Positions 37,987 to 49,896 of a DNA stretch of 64,000 nt are shown here, piece by piece (position 1 is the stretch's first letter; the number at the start of each line of letters is the position of its first letter). Position numbers and translations under genes: made by a program. The stretch comes from Anolis carolinensis. Taxonomy: Eukaryota. Where the stretch lies: contig NC_085846.1 of NCBI RefSeq assembly GCF_035594765.1, positions 20,819,190-20,883,189 of the forward strand, written 5' to 3'. The notes under the pieces are model-generated. The model was not told the DNA's origin. It made no database searches and saw nothing but the letters and a program-made list of their open reading frames with translations.

Positions 37987-38908
37987 TGTGCTAGAATAGG
38001 TACTTGGGAGTGACTGTCTTGGTTGGTCGTTCAGGGTGGTTCAACACAGACATTTAATACAAGTTAGGAAGTGGATGTAAAGGAAACAGTTCAGTTATAC
38101 CAAACACAGATACAGAATTGACATTAGTGGCAACAGAATGTAAATTGAAACTCCTGATCGAAAGTTGACTGGATAGGCCTGCTGGAAGGAATGGGTCATC
38201 AATTGCATTTTAAATTCCAACATCTCATTTAGCTACCAGAGCTCTTCAGGCAGATCATTCCACAATTGTGGGGCAGCCAATGAATAATAATGTCAATGCT
38301 TTTACTGAATTATTGCCCAAACTATATGGAGCATTTAACTGCATTGAACTAAATTATATGAGTCTACACAGATCATATAATGCAGTTTCAAACTGCATTA
38401 TATGGCAGTGTAGATCCAGCCTTAGGTTAACACAGGATAAATCCACATTAAGGTGGCCTTGTCTCACATTAACCTGTACTAGCCTTGTGTGGTGTTTACC
38501 TTCTGTTGCCAAATCTGTAACAGGCCCACTGGACTGGGCCATTCTACCAAGATTTCTATAATAAAAATTAATCCCTTCACCCATAACCACATTTTATTTT
38601 GGTTCAACCTTCAATGAAAGTTTTGATGAGTATATGATAACTAAGAAAGCAAGTCGTATGTTTAATTCCACTGCTGTTTATTGAAGATTTTCTTGAATTC
38701 AGTTCCTCCAGAGTTTGAAATATGTATTATTTTAATGGATTGTAAAATTTCTTCTTTACAAATTGCAAGCCTCTTTCTGGGATTGAGTAGCAACAGGAAG
38801 GGTTTAAATTTTTTCATTAATTATCAATTTCAGTATTTTATTAACTGCCGAAGAGCATATTACTAATAAATGCAATTGGTTAGTTTGACTTTCCATTTTT
38901 AATGCATG

Positions 38909-38971
<63 letters not shown>

Positions 38972-38973
<2 letters not shown>

Positions 38974-39180
38974 TCTCAGCCAGCATTTGGAAACAATAGA
39001 CATAGACAAAATTACGATCTGCCAACTGCAAAAGGCCACCCTGCTGGGATCTGTGCGCATCATCCGAAAATACATCACACAGTCCTAGACACTTGGGAAG
39101 TGTTTGACTTGTGATATCAAATCCAGCATATCTATCTTGTTTGCTGTGTCATAATAAAATAATAATAATAATAATAATAA
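38972..39180 (+). mobile_element. Dong/R4-clade non-LTR element, short 3' fragment inside (TAA)n
   Basis: Matches 44822-45030 closely; flanked on both sides by TAA repeats. Confidence 0.8.
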
Positions 39181-39961
39181 TAATCATCATCATCATCATC
39201 ATCATCATTATCATCATCATCATTTTGAAAAAGAAGGCAAAAGCAAAGAGGCAAAGGGCAGTAGGAAGAGGAGGTGAGAATAAAATACCACTGGATATAA
39301 AAATATGCTTATCGTTTTCATAGGAAGCTTTTTCTCTGCAGTTAAATTAAATAAGACTGGAAGAGTACATCACAGATTCAGTGATAGTGATAGATTACTG
39401 ATTACAAACTCTGATATTCCAGTTGTTTGGGATGCCAGCAGACTCAGACACTTTGACCAATGATCAGACATTCTGGGAGCTGAAATCCAAAACAACTGGA
39501 GGACCAGAGTTGAGGAGTCACCATTGGTAGATGTGCCCTGTGGATATCTACTTCGACATAAGTCCTATTCAGTTTTTCCTATGCAAGTATATGCAGACCT
39601 GCATATCTAGATCTTATTTTCCAGCATGGAAAATAAGATACTCTGCATCAGGGTTTAAATTGACAATGATTGCATTTACATTGTAGAATTAATGCAGTTT
39701 TGACATCACTTTAACTGCCATGGCCCAATTCTATAGAATCATAGGAGCTGTCAAAGAGTGCTGATGCTTCACTAAACTACAGCTCCCAGCATTCCATAGC
39801 ATTGAGCAGTGGCCATTAAAGTGGTGTCAAGCTACATTAATTCTATTTTGTAGATGATTTTTAAAATATTTTATTGAATTTTATATTCATAATCACAACA
39901 GTAGTACTTCCCCTTCTTTCTTTAATTTGCCTTCCAAATCGTCCTATATTTTTCCCCTCCC

Positions 39962-40897
39962 TCACCCTCCCAATGATGTACCCAATGTCTTCCTCAATGC
40001 ATTTTTTACTTCTTTATTTCTGAGGCAGTATATCATTGGATTCAGGAGGGGTACTACTATGGTATACAGAACGGACACAAGTTTATTGGAGTTGTAGGCA
40101 TACATAGCTTTAGGCTGTGCGTAAGTGAAGAGAGTGGTGGAATAGAATAGTACCACCACTGTGAGATGAGAACTGCAAGTGGAGAAGGCCTTCTTCCTTC
40201 CTTGAGCTGAAGGAATTTTCAAGACTGTTGAGATTATTAAGATATATGACATAATGACAATGCAGAGTGGAACCATGATTACTATAAGAGCCAGGATAAA
40301 ATCTGCTAGCTCGGCCATGGATGAATCAGTGCAGGAGATATTCAAAAGGGGTGAAATGTCACAGAAGTAGTGGTTGATCTTTTCAATGCGGCAGTATTTT
40401 AGTCTGCCAATGAAGCTGAGCTTGATTGCAGAAGTAATTAAGCCACATGTCCAACATCCTGCTGACAGCTGAGCACAGAAATGACTGCTCATGATAGCTG
40501 GGTAACGCAATGGGTAACATATGGCCAAATATCGGTCATAGGCCATGACAGCCAGGAGAATGTACTCACTGCACACAAAAGTGACAAAGAAATATAGTTG
40601 GGTCAGGCAGCCTTGGAAAGTGATCCGTTTGTCTTGCACAAGAATATCTGTTAGCATCTTTGGGACAATGACTGTCACGTACCAGACTTCAAGGAAGGAG
40701 AGGTTACACAAGAAGAAGTACATTGGTTTATGAAGGTTGTTGTTAACCCAAACAACTACAATGATTATGAGATTTTCCATCAAGGTCAGCAAATAAACAA
40801 GGCCAAACAGAGCAAAAAGGAGAATCTGAAGTTCTGCAGATGTGGAAAATCCCAAAAGGATGAAGTAGTTGACATTTGTCTGGTTGGTTTCTTCCAT
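39962..40897 (-). CDS. Olfactory receptor (class II, OR6-like), 311 aa [OR-F]
   Basis: NQT sequon, LHKPMYFFL, EVWY, MAYDRYLAIC, KAFSTCSSH, PLLNPMIYCLRN. Confidence 0.96.
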   Translation of the reverse strand: MEETNQTNVNYFILLGFSTSAELQILLFALFGLVYLLTLMENLIIIVVVWVNNNLHKPMYFFLCNLSFLEVWYVTVIVPKMLTDILVQDKRITFQGCLTQLYFFVTFVCSEYILLAVMAYDRYLAICYPLRYPAIMSSHFCAQLSAGCWTCGLITSAIKLSFIGRLKYCRIEKINHYFCDISPLLNISCTDSSMAELADFILALIVIMVPLCIVIMSYILIISTVLKIPSAQGRKKAFSTCSSHLTVVVLFYSTTLFTYAQPKAMYAYNSNKLVSVLYTIVVPLLNPMIYCLRNKEVKNALRKTLGTSLGG

Positions 40898-41225
40898 TCT
40901 TTGAATGCAAGGTACAATCTAAAACTTCCAAGGACAAGATAAAAGAAATATAATATAGCATACATTCACTTGTAACCATTTATTTTATATTTATTTTACA
41001 TTTCCCATTTTTAATGTTCAGGAATATTTTAAGACATCGAAATGCATACAGACTTTTTGCCTATCTTTTATTTTTCTCAATTTTTGTTTAAAAAACAAAG
41101 GTAATAAAAATTAGCCTACTATAATGTCATCATTTGTTTCTTTATACCCTATATTTGCGCCAAATAGCAAACAGTTATATTCACAGAACTTTAAAATTAA
41201 CCAACTAGTAGCAAAACAATGCTGT

Positions 41226-41545
41226 GAGATCCAGCATGATATAATGGTTTGAGGTATAGACTATGAGTCCAGATTGTAAATCCTCTTCAAAACCCATTGA
41301 GAGACTCTGGGCAAATCACACTGTCTCAGGACCCTGCCACACAGCTGAATATCTGCTCTGAACTGAAATATACGGCAGTGTGGACTCAGATAACCCAGTT
41401 CAAAGTAGATATTGTGGGATTTTCTGCCTTGGTTTTCTGGTAGTATGGCTTTGTGGAAGGGCCCTTGCAAAGGCAAAGGCAAACCCTTGCCAGGGAAACC
41501 CTGGAGTCATCTTAAATCAGGAATGACTTGAGAACATACCAAAAC
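41226..41545 (+). mobile_element. Degenerate tRNA-SINE (as at 30550) interrupted by a palindromic MITE (~41332-41465)
   Basis: SINE head and GAATGACTTGAGAACATAC tail flank CCCTGCCACACAGC...GTGGAAGGGCCC. Confidence 0.55.
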
Positions 41546-42702
41546 ATCAAAAATAATGCCAATCTGATCCTGATTATCAACAATGTTTTTGACTAGGAAA
41601 TTTTTGAATATGTCTGCTTGACTGCCCAATAATATCAAAGGAATTGAACTGTTGAAATCTACTACACCTCCTCTGAAATAAATCTTTTAGTAGTTCAAAA
41701 GGTTTTAATGTGCAATGTCTGCAGAAAGCAGAGCAAGATTCTCATAGAACACTTCAAAATATTTTTCTACCTCACACCATCTATAAAACTAAGCAAAACT
41801 GGAAGAGTGTAACTTCACACTGTGTGAATAAAACTGATCAGTGATCATATTAACTGATCAACTGCAGAAAAATGAGCTCAATAATTTTAAACTACAAATA
41901 AGTACTGATATAACAAAGTGATGAGCAAACAAAAATGACTAACATTCTTAAATTCAATTACATTATCCAATAGATGTAGCATTTATTTCTCTGAATGGAT
42001 TAATAAGACCCATCTTTCAATAAATTGATCATTGGTAGGTGAATTAATGGATTTGTTGGACAACTTTTCATCTGTCAGAACTGGTAGCTACATATGGAAT
42101 AGAAGTAATTTTCTATAAATTAGGATTTTCTACAGCCATTGTCAAGATATATAATAGTACAGATTTTGAGTGTATTTTATATGTAATATCATTAAGCATT
42201 TAAATAATTCTTATTTTTTTTAAAAAAAAAAATCCCCCAAAATATGGAGATAGCATTTGAGGCTTAAAAGCACTTTATGCTACATTAGTCGCTGTATATA
42301 ACCTTCAGGCTATGTAGATAAGATGTACAGATAATGTGGGTTGCTTGTCACTGGTCATAAAGATTTGATAAGATGCAAGTGAAACATAAATTAATTCACA
42401 TGTTTAAACTTGAGTCCCATTTCCAAGGTTATGTCTGCCTTGAGTTGGATTTGAAATCTAACACACTTTTGGAGAAGGGATATTCAACCTTTTCTCTTCT
42501 GAAGATTAACACTTTTTGTAGTTTATTTTTTTCTACTGAACAAATAGTTATAAGGAAAAGCAAATAAGAAATTTACCTTGTTTTTTCCAGGTGAAGTTCC
42601 CCCCACCCTCGTCTTCACCTGCAAGTTGACACATAACATTTGTATGAAATTATTTTCTCCTACTGCATAAGTTTCTGTATCTACTTATCTTCTCACAACT
42701 CT

Positions 42703-42746
42703 ACCTTGGGACTAGACTTGAAAATTAGTGCTTCTCTCCCAAGGGT
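42703..42746 (-). promoter_or_regulatory. Candidate OR-F promoter: O/E(EBF)-like, homeodomain, O/E-like sites
   Basis: ACCTTGGGA, AAATTAG and TCCCAAGGG within 45 bp, just upstream of a minus-strand donor (AG|GTAAAT ~42571-42578). Motif match only. Confidence 0.35.
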
Positions 42747-43959
42747 TCAAGCCTCAGAAGGCATCTTTCTCCATTCATGCCAATTGCATAACTTTTGTTA
42801 AAAAAAGAGATTTCTAACTTTGCATAGTGGTTGCAGACATAAAGTAATCAGAAAAATCAGAAGTTAAAACAAGTCCACATATAACAATGACCACAGTGGA
42901 AAAGGAACAAAAAATGAATACAAATAAATTCATTGGTCAAAGTACAGCAAAAAGATGGGCATCTGTTGATTGAAAAATTACTGAATTTTTGTATATTGTT
43001 TTAATTCTTTACTAGTAGCAAAATAATAAATTCAAATGAATTAAATTTGATTGAATTAATAAAACATTGTATATTAAAAGTAAATCTTCTTAAACTGTGG
43101 GTTGTGACCCCATTTGGATCTCCTAAACAAATCTCGTGGTCACAAAGCTATTAGCAAGCCTTTCAAATGCTGATTTTGCTTGATGGCAGTGTTATATACC
43201 TATATATCCAGGATTGCATATATAATTCTCAGCCAAAAGGGGGTCACGAGTGAGAAACATTTAGGAATTACCATTTTAAAGTAGAATAATGGATTTTTGG
43301 CACAGTCTTTAAAAATGTATGGAGTCTGCCATGTTCTGCCCTCTTTGGCAGAAGGGTTGCACAATGGGATGTCTGTGGGACTCCAAGTTCCTCGCAATTC
43401 TATCATGAGCTGCATTCCCATCCATCTCATCAAAGCTATCTAAAATGTATTTATGACAGATATATCTGATTTCATAGAAACCACATTTTAAAGTCATGAA
43501 GAGTCGGAAGCGTCTGAACAAATAAACAACAATAACACGAATGTATCTTCAGAGCAGTTTTCATGTTGCCAATTTGGAAGCCGCTCTGAGTCCTCTTGAG
43601 GGTTGAGATAGAGCAAGGTAAAATACATTAAATAAGTAAATAAAATAAATAAAACTCAGCATGATAAAATATTATATTCATGGGGTCTTCTAAAGAACAG
43701 CAGTAGATTTTATTTTTGTAATAACAGCATCAAAATGTTTAATGCGGATGAGAAATATGGAATGAAACTACTAGAGAATAGCAGCTGCAGGAACAAATTA
43801 AACAGCAAAGATGTTATGTATGACCCTGTTGTGATTTTTAACTTTCTTTCAAGTGGGTGAACTCTCAAACTTGTCCTGAAATCTATTTTTCATAGGTGAA
43901 CTAGAGTAGAGCAACCCTACATATTTGCTCTTCCCTCCCTGGCAATACTATACCCCATC

Positions 43960-44272
43960 ACTTCTAGACTGGTGGCTGCTTCTCAATTCTCGAACTCCCT
44001 GCTCAGGGAAGCCACAATGCCCTCTTCCCTTCTGTCCTTCCAGCGGCAGGCTAAAACCTTTTTTTATTCAGACAGACTTTTGAAGATGAAGGTTTTTAAA
44101 ATCAATTCAGGGGGTGCTGTAGTTTTTAAATGGGAATTCTGTAATACCGTTTATATTTAATCCTGTTTTAATGTTCACATATTTATATATTTTAAATTGT
44201 TATGCTGATGCTTTGATGTTAAGCCACTTTGAGTCCCTTTCAGGGGAGATAAAGCAGAGTATAGATATATAA

Positions 44273-44317
<45 letters not shown>
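43960..44317 (+). mobile_element. L2 3' fragment ending in (TAA)n
   Basis: SFQRQAKTF C-terminal remnant, TAAGCCACTTTGAGTCCC stem-loop, TAA tail. Confidence 0.7.
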
Positions 44318-44645
44318 TGTGCGGTTTTCTGGCATTGTATATTTCTGCCATTTCTGTGACTGTTCATTTGTATTTTGATTCCGTAGCCCACTTGTCGATG
44401 GATGTCTAGAATCAGCAGCATCCACCATGGTCCTTTTTATCCTGGGTGACAACTGAGCCAGTATAGACTTCCTTTTGGTTTGATTCTCCATAATGCTAAT
44501 GGGTTAGGTGCTCTTAGTTCTGCTCCTCAACTGAGGCCTCTCTGGCTTGGTTGGACCTGATGGTAGTTACACTACCGCCAGCACAGCCATCAGTCATCAT
44601 TGGAGCGGTTAAGCCCCCCCCCCCCACGACTAGGTGGCACCTGCG
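44318..44645 (-). mobile_element. Inverted putative 5' end (5' UTR + ORF N-terminus) of a Dong/R4 element
   Basis: Minus-strand ORF MENQTKRKS...DSRHPSTSGL...QKYTMPENRT runs into the TAA repeat. It is preceded by a GC-rich structured leader and abuts the forward 3' piece. Confidence 0.6.
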
Positions 44646-44658
44646 GGGGGGGGGGGGG

Positions 44659-45030
44659 TGGATCATTGATGTTGCCATCCCAGGTGACAGTCACATTGAT
44701 GAAAAACAACAGGAAAAACTCAGCCACTATCAGGACCTCAAGATTGAACTTCAAAGACTCTGGCAGAAACCAGTGCAGGTGGTCCCTGTAGTGATGGGCA
44801 CACTGGGCGCCGTGCCAAAAGATCTCAGCCAGCATTTGGAAACAATAGACATTGACAAAATTGCAGATCTGCCAACTGCAAAAGGCCACCCTACTGGGAT
44901 CTCCGCGCATCTTCCGAAAATACATCACACAGTCCTAGACACTTGGGAAGTGTTCGACTTGTGATTTTGTGATACGAAATCCAGCATATCTATCTTGTTT
45001 GCTGTGTTATACAATAAAATAATAATAATA
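44659..45030 (+). mobile_element. Dong/R4 element 3' end (restriction-like endonuclease domain + TAA tail)
   Basis: WIIDVAIPGD...EKLSHYQDLKIELQRLW...VVPVVMGTLG is an RLE motif of R4-clade elements. Confidence 0.85.
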
Positions 45031-45247
45031 CTAAACTAAAACCTATAGAATAGATTTTGCAGGATAAATTGAGCTTCCTCCCATTTTTATATAAAAACTT
45101 TACTTATTCATTCATTTATTAAAATACCATCTGCCATAAGATACAATCTTATGGCATACAATAAAATCCCTTCAAATTATATTTTGAACTACTAATATCA
45201 ACCCAGAAAATTGTATGTATGTCTGGTGAGTGGAGGGAAGAAGCAGA

Positions 45248-45296
<49 letters not shown>

Positions 45297-45483
45297 CTTT
45301 ATTTATACCCTGCCATCATATCCCATAAGGTCTCAAGGTGGCTTACAAAAGAACACACAGTGGTGCCATAGAACACATAAAATGCAATATACCAACATAT
45401 AAAATCAATAACATATTACATAAAACCAAACATAAAATAACAAAGCAGCCTCTATTAAACAGAGTCAGTAAAACATGGCTATA

Positions 45484-45817
45484 AAGGTAAAGGCAAAGGT
45501 TTCCCCTGATGTTAAGTCCAGTCGTGTCTGACTCTGGGGGTTGGTGCTCATCTCTATTTCTAAGCTGAAGAGCCGGCGTTGTCCGTAGACACCTCCAAGA
45601 TCATGTGGCTGGCATGACTCCATGGAACGCCGTTACCTTCCCGCCGAAGCGGTACCTATTGATCTACTCACATTTGCATGTTTTCGAACTGCTAAGTTGG
45701 CAGAAGCTGGAGCTAACAGCGGGCACTCACTCTGCTCCCTGGATTTGAACCTGGGACCTTTCGGTTTGCAAGTTCAGCAGCTCAGCGCTTTAACACACTG
45801 AGCCACCGGAGGCTCCA
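45484..45817 (-). mobile_element. Full-length Sauria SINE
   Basis: Head GGAGCCTCCGGTGGCTCAGTGTGTTAAAGCG, B box GGTTCAAATCC, (ACCTTT)-type tail. 14-bp TSD AAAAcATGGCTATA / AAAAtATGGCTATA at 45470-45483 and 45818-45831. Confidence 0.92.
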
Positions 45818-47029
45818 AAAATATGGCTATAGCCATGATTAAAAGATCCATACAATGATTTAGCATCCTGACTGTATTCCCCTTAAAAATAGTTATAAGG
45901 TGTTAATTGGCAATCAGTCTGGCAACTATCTTAAACATTGTCAAAGGCCTGCTAAAAAAACCAAGTTTTCAGCTCTTTACAAAAGTGTTCAGTGTGAGAG
46001 AAATACACAGTTTTAGTCATATACTACTACCAGCCACTGAGCAATAGTGATACTTTTATAAATAAGATTCTTTTACCCATACTACCTCAAAATTATGTTG
46101 AATTCAATCTTTTCTGCTTTTCCAAAATTTAAATAGATACATCAATTTAATATCTTTGTATGATCCAAAAACTCTAACCCTCCTCATTTGTAAAATTTGA
46201 AATTTGTTCAACTCATATTTAACACAGAGTTGTCAGTTCATATCGGAATACTCAAAACACAGATCCATTATGCCTGGGCACTAGCTGGTGAAGAATCTTG
46301 CTGCGTAGCAAATGCAACTGCTCTAGTGTTTGAGTGAGAAAACAGGAAACAGTATGGCAGGGGAAGGATCTCTTCCAATTCAGTTATATTATGTACTGGA
46401 CTTCATCGCCTCTTCCATTGCCATTCCTTTTCCTTCTATGTCCTGTCTTATTTATTTAGACTATAAGGAACATACCGCATATTAAGGAACTGCTTAATGA
46501 AATCTTTGTAAGCCTTTTTGACTGAAGGATAGGGTATACATAAATAAAGCATCAAAACACCCATATCTGCCCCTGCTTTTAGACAAAGGAAAGTAATAAT
46601 CTAGATTATTACCTATTTAATAATAATGAACTCCCAGTTCTTTAGTATAGTATAAAGATATTTCCTTTTCAAGACTCTGCATTGACTTGTTTCACCAATG
46701 ACACTGTCCCACTCCATGAGATCGCCCGTCTCCCTTTTCCATCCTGAGGCAATATAATCCTTAAGCTTTACACTTTCTACTTGTTGTACACTTGGTGATT
46801 TTTGCCTCAAAAAAGTTCCTTTTATACTCAGTGTAATTCAGAGTGGGTTTTTTTTCTGTTAACCCCATCCATTCATTACTTAGAACGAAATTGTTTTATT
46901 TTATGCTTTGTTTTATTTTAACATTTGTGATCATTCAAATATTACTGAAATTGATTTCATACCCTTAACAGTGGATATAGGATCAACTGGAGAGGAATTT
47001 GACTCAGTATTTTACATTTATTTTGGTTT

Positions 47030-47968
47030 CTATTTATTTAATGAAAAGAAGGATGAGGCACACTTTTTAAGACCACCTTGAATTTCCTTGTTCCTCAAAC
47101 TGTAAATAAGAGGGTTCAATAATGCTGGAAGGATAGTATAAAAGAGTGACAGAAATTTATTTGTGTCCAGAGAATGATTTGAATTCGGTGTCAAATACAC
47201 ACTCATTCCAGAGCCATAGAATACCACCACCACCATAAGATGTGAAGAACATGTTGAGAAGGCCTTGCGCTTTCCTTCCACAGATGGTATCTTCAGAATA
47301 GTGTTACCAATGCAGAGGTATGACAAAAAGATCAGGCTAAATGGAATTAGTGCCAGTACTACGACCTCCACGAGTGCTATCTGTTCATTTAGAGATGTAT
47401 CTCCACACACTAGATTGAGTAAAGCAGGGATGTCACAGAAGAAATGGTTGATTTCATTTGAGTCACAGAAATGGGAGGTGAACACGAGAACAGTTTGGCT
47501 AAGTTGAACTGGAATTCCAGCTAGCCATGAGGCTGCTACCAGCCCAAAGCATGCTTCCCTGTTCATAATGACCATGTAATGCAAGGGCTGGCAAATGGCA
47601 GCATACCGGTCATATGCCATGACAGCCAAAAGGAAGCATTCTGCTGCTCCTGTTATGAGGAACATGGTCATTTGAAAAGCACAACTAATGAATGACATGG
47701 TTTTGTCATCTGACAGAAGGTTTTCAAGCATTATGGGGATTATAACCGAGGTATAGCAGATCTCCACACAAGACAAGCTTCTGAGGAAGAAATACATGGG
47801 ATTGGAAAGTGCCCGGTCAACCAGGGTGACAATAATTATAAGGATATTCTCAATAAGAATCAATAAATAGATAGTTAAGAAAGCAGAGAAGAACAAGCCC
47901 TCCAGACCTGGAAAATCAGAGAATCCCAGTAGTAGAAAACTATCCACTGTGCTCTTATTCATGGTCAT
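47030..47968 (-). CDS. Olfactory receptor (class II, OR10-like), 312 aa from MTMNKST [OR-G]
   Basis: NKS sequon, [39 protein letters not shown]. The ORF-track leader MFFFFHS is a polypyrimidine/acceptor (TTCTTCCACAG). Confidence 0.94.
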   Translation of the reverse strand: MTMNKSTVDSFLLLGFSDFPGLEGLFFSAFLTIYLLILIENILIIIVTLVDRALSNPMYFFLRSLSCVEICYTSVIIPIMLENLLSDDKTMSFISCAFQMTMFLITGAAECFLLAVMAYDRYAAICQPLHYMVIMNREACFGLVAASWLAGIPVQLSQTVLVFTSHFCDSNEINHFFCDIPALLNLVCGDTSLNEQIALVEVVVLALIPFSLIFLSYLCIGNTILKIPSVEGKRKAFSTCSSHLMVVVVFYGSGMSVYLTPNSNHSLDTNKFLSLFYTILPALLNPLIYSLRNKEIQGGLKKCASSFFSLNK

Positions 47969-48016
47969 ACTGTGGAAGAAAAAAAACAAAACAGATGATC
48001 AGATAGATGTGACTAT

Positions 48017-48362
48017 GGACATCTTCACACAGCCAAAATTTCTCATCATCATCGAGTATTTTCAGTTCTGCCATGGAGCCCAATGGTTCCCATCACACAC
48101 CGGAAAAGTACTTCCTGGATGGCTCCGGGGTGGAACTGTCACCAAAATGCTGCCGCTGCCGAAAAATTGCCAGTAGTGGTTGACAGGTGGTTTATGGAAA
48201 GATGGGTTGAGTCAGCTTCCGCCACTGGGATGAGATTGTGGGAAGCCGGGATGGTTCAGGACAAGGGTCTCCAAGTCCCCAGGTCCCCTGGGTGAGCGCC
48301 ACTGTGATTGCTGCAATCTGCAGCAATCCAGGGCAATTCCAGCAGCACATGTGAGAAGGTCC
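48017..48362. mobile_element. Harbinger-like MITE, degenerate
   Basis: GGACATCTTCACACA / TGTGAGAAGGTCC imperfect TIRs, GC-rich interior. Confidence 0.45.
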
Positions 48363-49845
48363 TTAATAAAACTTCACAGCAATACAACATGGCATACAAT
48401 TAGCACTCTATAAAGAATTTCTACTATGTAGTTGGGATGTCCGGTGTATACTATCAACACAATTGGACACAGTAAGATTGTTTCTGGCCCCATGGAACCT
48501 AAAGAAAAACGAGGAGATAGTAAGATCAGGTTAATGTGATCAGGGTAAAGTCAGATGAATTCAGTTCTACATGTATGTAGATCTAAATTCAGTTTAGATG
48601 AAGTCTGAGAATTCATCTAAATTCTTCTAAAAATGATAAGGTTTATTGTAAGATTCCAAAGAAGAGAAAACTGTTTTTCTGGAATTTTATTGGGCCAGCC
48701 ACACGGCTGGTTGTAAGCTAAAAATATTTGCCAACACTAGGCGTGAGAAAATTGCAGAGACATTTGGGAGATGGGAGGCTTTCACACTTCAGTTTCACAA
48801 TATGGTGATGATATTTTTATTTAAATGTTTTATATGTAAACTTTATATGTGCATCCATACACACACAAATCAAAACTTTCTTGCATATCTGCTGCCTTCC
48901 AGCCAATTTCAATTTTTGGAATGATCAACTATACATGTATGCTATCCCCGAAATTCCACTATCCATAAAAGCATAAGACATTCTACATTTATGTTACTGA
49001 GCTGGTGATTTTTATTAAATGGAATGGAATGGAGCATAGCATGTTCTATTTCAGAACACTTTAGGACTTTTCAAAGATCTACTGAGTTGGGTGGTGCACC
49101 TTTTGTCTGCAGCTGGAAAATTTCTGTGGACTTGAAGTACTCTCAACAACTGTACAGCATAATTTAAGCACACATACTTAGTAAGAAATCCAACTAAGCA
49201 TAGCCATTCTAAATAGATCCAAAACTGCCTGCAGATATGGTTATTTACCTAAAGAACACTTAAACCTCATCTGATCACTCTTAAAAAGGCAAATTGGCCA
49301 AAATAGTGATCAAAAATGACACAATGGCATGCCAAAAATATATATGGGCCACCAAAGTGATTGGGGAGTCTTTCACACCTCCACATTTGTACACCCCATT
49401 GCCACTTTATTTATTGTATATAAAATGAATTCAGCTTACTGGAAGAAAAATCTGGAAGAAAATAATTATAAGTGAGAAAATGACCAACAAAGGATACTGG
49501 TTTAAACACAATGGTCTAATGAATAAAGTTAATGTTCTTACCAGTGGACTTTTATTGTTTGGTAATACAACTTCAGTCTTCACCTGATTTGGTGTCAATA
49601 TTTTAAATTTTAAGAAGAAAATTTAAATATATCTTCTAGCACTGCTATGAAATATCTCTTCTTATCCTATTATATTTACCTTTTTGTGATAGTGATAGCC
49701 ATCAGATGTAAATCTTATCTGAATGGATGACATTAACTGACTTCGCAATGCTGCCATGGGTGTGTTCATTCTATACCTTCTGACTGATAATATGGAAGGT
49801 TTTGTAGGCATATTTGAAAGTTGACTCCTGATTCAGCAAAGAATA

Positions 49846-49896
49846 TCCTCAAGGGTCTTTCATTTTTCATTCCCTGGAGGTAAGAATAAATAATGA
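49846..49896 (-). promoter_or_regulatory. Candidate OR-G promoter: O/E-like sites plus TAATGA
   Basis: TCCTCAAGGG, TCCCTGGAG and TAATGA clustered upstream of a minus-strand donor (GTAAGA ~49536-49541). Motif match only. Confidence 0.3.

Noticed and set aside
38804-39323. Poly-Ile/Leu/Asn ORFs (also ~44200, 45211, 51635, 53421)
   Set aside because: Translations of TAA/CAA microsatellites.
45740-45816. tRNA gene-like A/B boxes
   Set aside because: SINE head, not a tRNA; no cloverleaf, and it is flanked by SINE body and TSD.
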